Assembly (NCBI GenBank): GCA_963745075.1
Contig: CAVUWV010000027.1
Span: 1-64,000 of the forward strand
DNA length: 64,000 nt
Origin: Candidatus Hydrogenedentota bacterium
GTDB lineage: Bacteria > Hydrogenedentota > Hydrogenedentia > Hydrogenedentales > SLHB01
Direction: 5' to 3'
Under the pieces are notes generated by a model. That model had not been told where the DNA came from and did not search any database. It was given only the letters and a program-made list of their open reading frames with translations. This document shows, piece by piece, positions 53,453 through 62,130 of the stretch. A program made the translations under genes and the position numbers. Position 1 is the stretch's first letter, and each line of letters begins with the position of its first letter.

Positions 53453-55186
53453 TTACTTCGTTGCCGGTGGCTGTTCCCGGTCGAATGTGGGGGTTCCAAG
53501 ACCATCGCGCAGTCCGGTCATGCGGAGGTCGTAGACCAGCAAACGCCGCGCCCGTTCCAGATCCAGGCTGCGCACAAAGCGGATGTTGTCGACGGTGTTC
53601 CCGTATGACGGAAACGCTTCCACCTCCAGAAAGATACGTCCAAAGTCCTGATGAAATGTGGCTTCCGGCTGCGCGTCGATCGGCAATGCAATCGCCTCAT
53701 CCGGGTATCTCCGATCGTACAGTTCCTGCCAATCGCTTACGTACGCAAGCGGCGGGGTCCGTCCTTCACCAAGATAGCGGTACAAACTACCACCTTCGCG
53801 GTGCTCCTGAAGCAGGTACGCTTCAAGCACCGACGACCACGCTGCGCAGGCGCCATGGTCCCCTTTGCTCTCCAGATACGTGAGCACCTGCGGATAGCCC
53901 GACCGGATAGCCAGAATCTCTCGGATGTGTATCAGGCTCGACGCGATTGAAACGGCCACCAGTATGGAGACCACCGATCGCAAGGCCAGCCGATACGGCG
54001 ATGGCCATCGCCAGAGGGCGATGACGGCCACAGCCAGAAGCGCCGTGAAGAACGGCAGGCCGAAGGTAAATGTCCGGGCGCCTTGCATGGTCTTCAGCGA
54101 GAAGATGAGTAGCGGGACGACAAACGGCACGACCAGGTAGACGACAGTTTTGTAGCGCTTCGCATTGGATCCGGCTCGGTGCGGTCGCAGGAGGACAAGC
54201 GCGCCCGCCCCCGCCAGCAGCAGAGCCGCAGCCACCGTGGCTGGGTACCCCTCGAGCGTACCGTGAAAGAATGGGAACAGCAGAAGCCCCGACGGATTCG
54301 CAGGAACCCCGCTCTGGCCGATGAACCGAGGCCACAGCAGTTCCAGAAAAGTCCCGTGGGGATACGCCATGCCCTGACTGCGAAACAGCAGGATCCAGGG
54401 ATACGTCACCGCTTCCGCAAAGGCCACTACAGCGAAGAATGCGGCGGCGATGGCGGCTCCGCCATAGACGAATCGCTGGAATGCCTTCCACAGGCTTCCG
54501 GGGCCGCGGCAAGTCAAGGCGTGAATGACGACCAGTGCTGGCAGTGCCCCTGCCACTTGGTAGTGCACCCAGAAGCTCAGACCGGCGCACGCCCCGCTTA
54601 CGGCTAGATACCAGTACGCGAAGCCTTCCTCATGTTTACTGGCGCGGGCGTGAGCCCACACAGCCAGAAGAAAAAGCAGGGAAGCAGTAGATTGCGGATA
54701 GGGGTTCCGTGCGTAATACACGCTGTACCCTGACACGGCCAGGAGGAGCCCCGCCAGAAGCGCCGTTTGCCGGTCCCGCAGCCACCCAACGAACGCCATC
54801 AACACTGCCACCAGTAGGATGCCTGACACGGCTTCGATGTAGTTGCATGCCGATACCCACGGTCCCGTCGCTGTCAGAAGTGCCGCCGTGAGGTAGGAAT
54901 ATCCGAGCTTGGGAGAAAAGGGGTGCTCCCGTTTCAGCCGATCCGCGGCCTCGGGCATGAAATCGGCGAGATAGAACGACCCGTCGCCCCGGATCTCGCG
55001 GCACTTTCCGCTAGCCAGTTGGGCGACATTCTCGTATTCGTAGACCTTGCTGAGACCATCAAGAATGTATCGGCCGTCGTCCACCCCGAAAATTCCGGCC
55101 TGCGAAAGCCCCGCCAAACGGACCGCGGCCGCGAGCAAAATGACGAGCGAAAACGCTGCGGTATACTTCTGCGATGGGTGACTCAC
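53453..55186 (-). CDS. GT-C (ArnT/PMT-like, family 39/83) membrane glycosyltransferase
   Basis: N-terminal TM then acidic DD..Y motif; HPF; many TMs; ALLAGLLLAVS...VYYARN; RBS GAGGAG. Confidence 0.7.
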   Translation of the reverse strand: MSHPSQKYTAAFSLVILLAAAVRLAGLSQAGIFGVDDGRYILDGLSKVYEYENVAQLASGKCREIRGDGSFYLADFMPEAADRLKREHPFSPKLGYSYLTAALLTATGPWVSACNYIEAVSGILLVAVLMAFVGWLRDRQTALLAGLLLAVSGYSVYYARNPYPQSTASLLFLLAVWAHARASKHEEGFAYWYLAVSGACAGLSFWVHYQVAGALPALVVIHALTCRGPGSLWKAFQRFVYGGAAIAAAFFAVVAFAEAVTYPWILLFRSQGMAYPHGTFLELLWPRFIGQSGVPANPSGLLLFPFFHGTLEGYPATVAAALLLAGAGALVLLRPHRAGSNAKRYKTVVYLVVPFVVPLLIFSLKTMQGARTFTFGLPFFTALLAVAVIALWRWPSPYRLALRSVVSILVAVSIASSLIHIREILAIRSGYPQVLTYLESKGDHGACAAWSSVLEAYLLQEHREGGSLYRYLGEGRTPPLAYVSDWQELYDRRYPDEAIALPIDAQPEATFHQDFGRIFLEVEAFPSYGNTVDNIRFVRSLDLERARRLLVYDLRMTGLRDGLGTPTFDREQPPATK

Positions 55187-55517
55187 GGCATCTCCTCACG
55201 GGCGCGTCCGCCGGGGTTCGGCCTCCCCGGTATGTGAACCGGTGCAACGTACCACGTGTTTTGCCCGGAATCAATGCGTGTCAAGGACTTGCGACGGTCC
55301 ATGGGGTCAAAATTCCTGTTGCAAGAAAACCGGAAATATGCTATATCCAAGGTGCGGAATGATTATGGTCCTGAGTAGGTGTATAGCTTTGTGTGACCGT
55401 CCTATGTTTTCATCGCTGCTGACGAATTCCCACCTTTCAATCAACCTCGCGAAGCTCGAGATCCAACGACCGGTTGGGCTTGCGGGTTCGGGGGAACGTT
55501 AACCGTGAGGAGGTAGC

Positions 55518-55796
55518 ATGAATATCTACGTTGGGAACCTGTCGTACCAGGCTACGGAGGATGAGTTGCGGGACGCCTTCGCCGCCCACGGCGACGTAAC
55601 GTCCGTCAACGTCATCGTGGACCGGATGACCGGGCAGTCCAGGGGGTTTGCCTTCGTCGAGATGGCCACCAAAGAAGCGGGAAAAGCCGCTATTGAGGCC
55701 CTCAACGGTTTCGAACTTCAAGGCCGCCCACTCCGGATTAACGAGGCGCGCCCTCGCGAAGAACGTCCCCGGCGCGAAGCGCGTCCGCGGGGCTAA
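55518..55796 (+). CDS. RRM-domain RNA-binding protein
   Basis: RNP2 IYVGNL, RNP1 [17 protein letters not shown]. Confidence 0.95.
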   Translation: MNIYVGNLSYQATEDELRDAFAAHGDVTSVNVIVDRMTGQSRGFAFVEMATKEAGKAAIEALNGFELQGRPLRINEARPREERPRREARPRG

Positions 55797-55823
55797 CCCT
55801 CCGACGACCCATGAGCCAAAGGT

Positions 55824-55856
55824 CCGGGCGGGCGGCGGATTCTACGCCCGCCCGGG
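55824..55856. terminator. GC-rich hairpin between convergent RRM and LOG genes
   Basis: CCGGGCGGGCG-loop-CGCCCGCCCGG. Confidence 0.6.
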
Positions 55857-56735
55857 CTAAAGATATAGTCGAGTCAATTCGTCTCGGACATACTCGAACG
55901 CCGAATCTACGTCGTCGGCGAGATGGAAGAGATCCAAATCCGAGCGACCAATCATTCCCCACTTCACCAGGGCGTCGAAGTTGATGACCTCTTTCCAGAA
56001 CTCCTTGCCGAACAGCACGACCGGCATCATCTTTGCCGTCTTGTTTGTCTGAATGAGGGTCAGCAGCTCGAACAATTCGTCGAAGGTTCCGAACCCGCCG
56101 GGAAAGACGATCAATGCCTTGGATAGATAGACGAACCAGAATTTTCGGATGAAGAAATAGTGGAACTCGAAGGAGAGTTCACGCGTCTGGTACGGGTTCG
56201 GGTTCTGTTCGAAGGGTAAGCTGATGTTCAGCCCGATGGAGTACCCCCCGGCCTGCGCGGCGCCCCGGTTCGCGGCTTCCATGATACCCGGACCGCCGCC
56301 CGAGCATACGATGAAACGCCGTTTCCTGCCGGGGATCGCTTTCGACCAACTCGTCAAACGCTCGGCGAGTTCCATCGCATCGTCGTAGTATCGCGCCATG
56401 TGACGGGCGTGACGAGCCCGGTCCAACGCTTTCTGCGCCGCCTTCGGAATCTGCTTGTTTGCGTTGGTCGCAGCCTTGGCGGCTTCGTATTCCGCCTGCG
56501 CCGTCCCGCTGGACACAATGCGCGCCGAACCGAAGAAGACAATCGTGTCCTTCACACGCATGCGCCGGAAGCGACTTTCCGGTTCCATGAATTCGCACAA
56601 GACCCGGATCTCGCGGGCGTCGCTACTGTTCAGGAAGTTCAGATTCTTATACGCCTTTTCCGGCCACCGTCCCCCCGGCACACCGGAGACATTGTTGACG
56701 TGGTTCTTGCTTGCGTTTCCGGTATTCTTGGCCAC
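55857..56735 (-). CDS. LOG family nucleotide 5'-monophosphate phosphoribohydrolase
   Basis: FFGSAR, SGGGPGIMEAANRGA, LPFEQNPN, FHYFFIRK, PGGFGTFDE. Confidence 0.92.
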   Translation of the reverse strand: MAKNTGNASKNHVNNVSGVPGGRWPEKAYKNLNFLNSSDAREIRVLCEFMEPESRFRRMRVKDTIVFFGSARIVSSGTAQAEYEAAKAATNANKQIPKAAQKALDRARHARHMARYYDDAMELAERLTSWSKAIPGRKRRFIVCSGGGPGIMEAANRGAAQAGGYSIGLNISLPFEQNPNPYQTRELSFEFHYFFIRKFWFVYLSKALIVFPGGFGTFDELFELLTLIQTNKTAKMMPVVLFGKEFWKEVINFDALVKWGMIGRSDLDLFHLADDVDSAFEYVRDELTRLYL

Positions 56736-56845
56736 GTTTCCCTCCCCATTGTCCCGCGTTGTACTACCACGATCCTGCCAGCAAGAACAGTATCATGAGG
56801 CCGGGGGGCACGGGAAATAGGCAAACGGACATTCGCGAGAGCGAA

Positions 56846-57664
56846 TCACCCGCCGGTATGGTCCTTCAAGAATGCGAGCGTACGCGGCCAGGCGTCTTGA
56901 CTCGCCTTGAGATTTGCGCCGTCTCGTCCGTCCTGTTGTCGCAGGAAGCCGTGGCCCGCGCCCGCATAGATCGCCTTCTCGTAAGGCTTGCCGAGTCGCT
57001 TCAATTCCTCTTCCGCAGGAGCGATGGTGGATACGACGCGTTCGTCCATCTCGCCGTACAGGCCCAGTACCGGCACGGAGAGCTTCGCAAGCGACGCAGC
57101 ATCCGGCGAAGTCCCGTAATACACGACCGCCGCGTCGAGTTTCGGCTGGGCCGTTGCGTAGCGGAAATTGGTGGTCCCACCCCAACAGAATCCAATCGCC
57201 GCACACTTGCCGTTCGCCGCCGGTAGATTGAGGCCATAGTCGAGGGCGGCATTCAGTCGTGCGACGGCCTCCGGGGGTTCGAGGCGTCCGATCGTTTCGC
57301 GCGGATTCTCTTCCGCGCCTTCCATACCGGAGATCAGATCCGGTGCAACTGCGATATACCCATTCGCTGCCAGCGCGTCGGCTACCGACCGAATCCAATC
57401 CGACATGCCGAAGATCTCGTGAATCACGACGATCACCGGCGCCTTATCCGAACGCTCCGGGTACGAGATCCACGTTCGCAATTTCACGTCGCTGTTCGGG
57501 AGCGGAATGAACGCAAACTCGCCATGGCGCGGCGAGTTCTCTAACGCCTCCTTTGCGGCGTCGCCGGATGGCGGCAACGTAGCGTCTTGGGCTATGGCCG
57601 AAACCGGGAGGGCCGTGAGGGTAACCGCCGTGAATAACAACCATGACCAGCGCGAACGAATCAT
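56846..57664 (-). CDS. Exported dienelactone hydrolase family protein
   Basis: Signal peptide; IHEIFG, APDL, GFCWGG, GAGHGF. Confidence 0.92.
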   Translation of the reverse strand: MIRSRWSWLLFTAVTLTALPVSAIAQDATLPPSGDAAKEALENSPRHGEFAFIPLPNSDVKLRTWISYPERSDKAPVIVVIHEIFGMSDWIRSVADALAANGYIAVAPDLISGMEGAEENPRETIGRLEPPEAVARLNAALDYGLNLPAANGKCAAIGFCWGGTTNFRYATAQPKLDAAVVYYGTSPDAASLAKLSVPVLGLYGEMDERVVSTIAPAEEELKRLGKPYEKAIYAGAGHGFLRQQDGRDGANLKASQDAWPRTLAFLKDHTGG

Positions 57665-57833
57665 GTTTTCCTCCTTTCCTGGAGTCTACGGCAAGGGAGA
57701 AACCGCGTTGGAAAATGCCGCGAACGATCTCCCCGTGCAAAACGTAAACACGGTACCCAACCTGGATTAATCCATCGCCTTTCGAGCACACCTGAAAACT
57801 CATTTAGTCCCGAAAAATAAAGGTGAAAACGTC

Positions 57834-57862
57834 TTGACAGATTTCCGACTCGGGGGTACAAT
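57834..57862 (+). promoter_or_regulatory. Near-consensus sigma70 promoter
   Basis: TTGACA(57834-57839)-17 bp-TACAAT(57857-57862), with an A-rich UP-like tract upstream. Confidence 0.75.
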
Positions 57863-57871
57863 CAGAGTGTA

Positions 57872-57995
57872 GCGCGGTTCGCCGATCGTACCTGACGGCC
57901 ACGGCGGGCCCTGGCGCGCACGTTGCGCAACACGGTGAAATACCCGAGCCGGGGACTCAGGCGCCTGACGGACGGGTATGAGCGGCGAACCGCGT
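57872..57995 (+). ncRNA. Candidate ~124-nt structured RNA of unassigned family
   Basis: Starts at the expected TSS; perfect 12-bp closing stem plus 9-bp stem, internal multibranch junction, T-loop-like GGTGAAATACC; followed by a U-rich tract. Confidence 0.55.
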
Positions 57996-58086
57996 GTTCT
58001 TTGTTTTCCCTCCGTCCCCTAAGTCCATTGCTTGCCCATCCCTCCGGCTGCTACCATTCCCGTTTACACCACCGAAAGGCTCATCC

Positions 58087-59145
58087 ATGAAAGTCGGGAT
58101 TATTGGCTACACCCGGTCGGGCAAGACCACCATCTTTAATTCGTTGACCGGCGCTCATGCCGCCGTCGGAACCTTTGGCAGCCGGGATTCCAATGTTGCC
58201 GTGCTCAAAGTGCCCGATGAGCGTGTGGATCGACTTGCCGAAATTCATAAACCCAAGAAGAAAACCTACGCCGAGTTCCAGTTCGTCGACATTGCGCCCA
58301 ACGAGTCCGGCGGCGACGACAAAGCCCTCGATTCGGCGGCCCTGACCGCGCTGAAAAATGTTGACGCGCTGGTTCACGTAGTCCGGGCGTTCCAAAATGA
58401 AGACGTCATGCATCCGCTCGGCGATGTGGATCCCGTACGCGACGCACGCAGCCTCGAAGAAGAATTGCAGCTCTGCGATCTCATTATTATCGAACGCCGC
58501 ATCGAACGTATGGAAAAGGAAAACCGCAAAGACAACGAATACAAAACGCTGATCCAATGTCGCGAGCACATCGAGAATGGACAGTCTTTGCGGACTCTGG
58601 ACCTTTCCGCACAAGAAGCGCGCGACATCGCGGGCTACTGTTTCCTCTCGCAAAAGCCACTTCTGTTGTTGGGCAACTATGGCGATGAATCCATCGGCAA
58701 CCCGGACCCGGCCGGGCTCGATGCGTTTGGGAAAGAACACAAACTAACCGTCATCGCTTTCTGCGGCGCCATGGAGATGGAAGTGGCACAACTGTCGGAA
58801 GAAGAGCGGCCCGCGTTTCGCGAAGACTTGGGATTGGGCGAGGAATCCCGCACACAGTTTTTGCAGACCGCCTACGACATGCTTGGCTTGATGAGTTTTC
58901 TGACCGCAGGCGAACCCGAAGTGCGCGCGTGGACCATTCCCAAGCACACCAAGGCGGTCGATGCCGCGGCCGTGATTCACTCCGACATTGCGCGCGGATT
59001 CATTCGCGCCGAAATCGTCAACTACGACCATTTCATGGCCGCCGGTTCCATGGCCAAGGCCAAGGAAGCTGGTCACGTTCGCCTTGAAGGCAAGGAATAC
59101 ATCATGCAGGACGGCGATATCGTTCTGTTCCGGTTCAACGTGTGA
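58087..59145 (+). CDS. ychF: YchF/Ola1-family P-loop NTPase (divergent G motifs)
   Basis: VPDERVDRL, DALVHVVRAF, FLTAGEPEVRAWT, IHSDIARGFIRAE, RLEGKEYIMQDGDIVLFRFNV. Confidence 0.9.
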   Translation: MKVGIIGYTRSGKTTIFNSLTGAHAAVGTFGSRDSNVAVLKVPDERVDRLAEIHKPKKKTYAEFQFVDIAPNESGGDDKALDSAALTALKNVDALVHVVRAFQNEDVMHPLGDVDPVRDARSLEEELQLCDLIIIERRIERMEKENRKDNEYKTLIQCREHIENGQSLRTLDLSAQEARDIAGYCFLSQKPLLLLGNYGDESIGNPDPAGLDAFGKEHKLTVIAFCGAMEMEVAQLSEEERPAFREDLGLGEESRTQFLQTAYDMLGLMSFLTAGEPEVRAWTIPKHTKAVDAAAVIHSDIARGFIRAEIVNYDHFMAAGSMAKAKEAGHVRLEGKEYIMQDGDIVLFRFNV

Positions 59146-59149
59146 AGAG

Positions 59150-59266
59150 AAGGCTGGAGAGCGGAATCTGGAGATAGAAGATGTGGATTGGACGAATCGG
59201 TCCGATCCGTCCAATCCGTCCAATCGAAACGCCTATGGATCCGCGAACGGCACAGTCTCCAGCCTT
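59150..59266. repeat. Nested hairpin with 9-nt TCCAATCCG-type microrepeats
   Basis: 11-bp perfect outer IR (59150-59160 / 59256-59266); inner GGATTGGACGAATCGG paired with CCGATCCGTCCAATCCGTCCAATC (59185-59225). Confidence 0.75.
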
Positions 59267-59287
59267 TCCCCACAGGAGTCACTCGCC

Positions 59288-60157
59288 ATGATTGTTGATT
59301 GCCACAACCATCCCGACTGGCATGGCCACGATTTGGACCGGTACCTCGCAAACATGGACCAGCACGGTATCGACGTGACGTGGTTACTCTCCTGGGAGTG
59401 TCCGCGCGACGAGTTCGATCCCAATTACTTCAAGGCCTGTCCGCACGCCGGGCCGGACGGCCCGATTCCGTTCTCACGCTGCCTGTACTACAAGGAACGC
59501 GTGCCGGAACGCTTCGTCCTGGGCTATGCGCCGGACCCGCGCCGGCCCGAAGCGATCGATCTGTTGGAAGGCGCGATCAACGTTTATGGCGTACAAACCT
59601 ACGGCGAATTGAAACTGCGCATGTGCTACGACAACCCCGACGCATTGCGCGTCTTTCGGTTTTGCGGTGAGAAGCAGCTCCCCGTCACGGTGCACATCGA
59701 CTACGAATTCGATACGGGAACCAAGTATCCCCGGCCGAACTGGTGGTACGGCGGCGGGTTTGACGCTTTTGCGCGGGCGGTGCGGGCTTGCCCGGAGACG
59801 GTGTTTCTCGGCCACGCACCGGGATTCTGGGCCCACATCTCGGCTGACGACAAGCACGACCGGGAACCCTATCCCGAAGGGCCGGTGATGCCGGGCGGCA
59901 AACTCGTCGAATTATTGCGCGAATGCCCGAATCTCTTCTGCGATATTTCCGCCGGGTCCGGATGCCGCGCGCTCAGCCGGGACCCCGAGTATGCGAAGGA
60001 GTTCCTCATCGAGTTTCAGGATCGAATTCTGTACGGGCGAGACTATTTTGATAACGTTCACCAGGAGTTCCTGAATGGGCTCGAATTGCCGGCAGAGATT
60101 CTGGAGAAGATTTATGCCCGAAACGCAAAACAATTGGCGCCTCTGAACGGCCCTTGA
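59288..60157 (+). CDS. Amidohydrolase family protein (Amidohydro_2)
   Basis: IVDCHNH, YGELK, PVTVH, FLGH, RILYGRD. Confidence 0.88.
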   Translation: MIVDCHNHPDWHGHDLDRYLANMDQHGIDVTWLLSWECPRDEFDPNYFKACPHAGPDGPIPFSRCLYYKERVPERFVLGYAPDPRRPEAIDLLEGAINVYGVQTYGELKLRMCYDNPDALRVFRFCGEKQLPVTVHIDYEFDTGTKYPRPNWWYGGGFDAFARAVRACPETVFLGHAPGFWAHISADDKHDREPYPEGPVMPGGKLVELLRECPNLFCDISAGSGCRALSRDPEYAKEFLIEFQDRILYGRDYFDNVHQEFLNGLELPAEILEKIYARNAKQLAPLNGP

Positions 60158-60253
60158 GGGCGACCCGTACGCCGCCTGAAGTCCAAGCCCGTTCGAATTA
60201 ACTCGGCGCGGAACTTGTGATGCTTCTGTATGTCCACGGGCGCGAGGATAACC

Positions 60254-61573
60254 ATGCAACATCGCAGGACATGTCTTGCCGGAGCAATACTGGCGGCTGT
60301 CTGCCTGTCCGGTTGTCCGAATCACGCGGATCCCATCGTCCACGCGTTGCACTACCTGGAGCGGACGCAGCTTTCCACTGCAGACGAGGCCCGTCTCAGC
60401 GGAACCCCCATCATCAACTATGCTGGAAACTGGCCGCAGGTATTCTATTTCCGCGGTGCGCCCCGTGTCCGTTTCCCCGAAGTGAGTCCGTTCATCGTGG
60501 GATTCATTCATCATGCCCTCGCCGACGTGAAGGAAAGCACGGTCGACGCCCTCGGTTTGGACCCGTCCGATGCCGAAGTGGCGAGAACCATGCGGCAACG
60601 AGCGGTGTCGTTCTTGAAACGTTTTGAATCGGATTCGGCGGATCCCGACGCCGGAACGTTCGGATTCTGGCCCTACGACCCGAACCCCGGCGCTCCGGAA
60701 TCGCCGCTCCAACAAATCGCCCTTGGCATATTGCAGGGACCCATTCTCGACGGAAACCGTGTGCCCGCGAACGTGCGAATCTATCCACACGCCCTCGGCA
60801 TTCCATCCGACGCCGATGTCACCGCCACCACGTACGCGGCGTTGCTCGACGACGCGATACTCGACGGCGGCCCCGGAACGGCTCAGCCGGTGGCACAGTT
60901 CTTCGCCGATTGGCGTGATACGGGCGCCGTGCCGTTGCGCCGCGATCCGGCCTGGCTTCCCACAAACAGCGGCGCCTACCTGACCTGGCTCGCGTACCAC
61001 GATCCCCCGGATCTCACGATACCGAACGACGTGGATCTCGTGGTCAACGCCAACGTGCTCTATGCACTGGCCCGTTTCGGCGAATCCAGCGCCCCGGGGG
61101 TTACGGAGTCCGTCGATCTCATCAATACCGTCGTTCAGCAAGGACTCCACCGCACGCAATTCAGCCAACTCACGGACTACTATCCCGACAGCTACGTTTT
61201 TCACTACTGCGTGTCGCGTGCGTTCCGCGAAGGACCCATTCCCACCCTCCTGCCGGCAGTGACCATCCTCGCCGGCGACCTCGTAAACGAGGCAATTCCC
61301 CTGCCGGGCGGCACGGTTTATTGGGATAAAGGCGATCCGGCGCTCAACACCGCTTTCGCAGTATTGACCCTCATGAACGCAGACGCAGATCCAGACCTCG
61401 TTGAGAGGGGAATCCAATACCTCGTCAAGACGCAGAATCCCGTCGACGGCGGCTGGCCGGAAGCGGTGTTCTTTCTGGCCCACACCGATGGAGGGCCCGA
61501 AGTACGATGGTCCTCCGGCGCATTGACAACCGCACTCGCCCTGGAGGCGCTTTGCCGGTATCGGTTGGAATGA
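60254..61573 (+). CDS. Lipoprotein with terpene cyclase/prenyltransferase-like alpha-barrel
   Basis: Lipobox LSGC; GTFGFW; PSDADVTA; VDLVVNANVLYAL; QW-like YLVKTQNPVDGGW. Confidence 0.6.
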   Translation: MQHRRTCLAGAILAAVCLSGCPNHADPIVHALHYLERTQLSTADEARLSGTPIINYAGNWPQVFYFRGAPRVRFPEVSPFIVGFIHHALADVKESTVDALGLDPSDAEVARTMRQRAVSFLKRFESDSADPDAGTFGFWPYDPNPGAPESPLQQIALGILQGPILDGNRVPANVRIYPHALGIPSDADVTATTYAALLDDAILDGGPGTAQPVAQFFADWRDTGAVPLRRDPAWLPTNSGAYLTWLAYHDPPDLTIPNDVDLVVNANVLYALARFGESSAPGVTESVDLINTVVQQGLHRTQFSQLTDYYPDSYVFHYCVSRAFREGPIPTLLPAVTILAGDLVNEAIPLPGGTVYWDKGDPALNTAFAVLTLMNADADPDLVERGIQYLVKTQNPVDGGWPEAVFFLAHTDGGPEVRWSSGALTTALALEALCRYRLE

Positions 61574-61779
61574 TGGAAAGGCCCGCTGCCGGGTCAAACT
61601 CCCGGCACAAATTGCGCCCGAACGCTTGACACGAGGCCGTGATTTTTGGCACGATCCGCTTCGGGCTTGGCCGGCTAAACCTCCCAACCTGTGTCACGTG
61701 GGCGTGTACGTGGGGAAGTGGCGTGCTCGCTGGCGAGGCCAATCCCCTACAATTCCATCAACCTGAGTAGTGGTGAACC

Positions 61780-62130
61780 GTGAAAAACAACGGAAAAAAC
61801 CAGAACTCCGCTTTGTCCGCAATTGCGCGGCACGAACGGGAATTGCTGGCCAAGCGCGAGCAAGCGGACCGGGATGCCGGCCGCCTGATTGCCGAGGCCC
61901 GCGCCGAAGCCCGCCGCATTGCGGAGCAAGAGGCCGAACGCCTCGCTACGGACGTTGCGGCCATCCGGAAAGAGGCCGAAGAAGTCCTGCACCAGGAACA
62001 ACTCGAGCAGCAGCAACAGGCGGAGCAGCGTCTGAACGAATTGCGGGCGGAAGCGCAAACCCGCGCGGAAGCAGTCGTTGCGGCCGTCGTGTCCCTTGTT
62101 CTACCCGCGGCTTCCGGAGGGCACCGATGA
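61780..62130 (+). CDS. A/V-type ATP synthase peripheral stalk subunit H/G
   Basis: Ala/Glu/Arg-rich coiled coil; stop overlaps the subunit I start (ATGA). Confidence 0.75.
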   Translation: MKNNGKNQNSALSAIARHERELLAKREQADRDAGRLIAEARAEARRIAEQEAERLATDVAAIRKEAEEVLHQEQLEQQQQAEQRLNELRAEAQTRAEAVVAAVVSLVLPAASGGHR

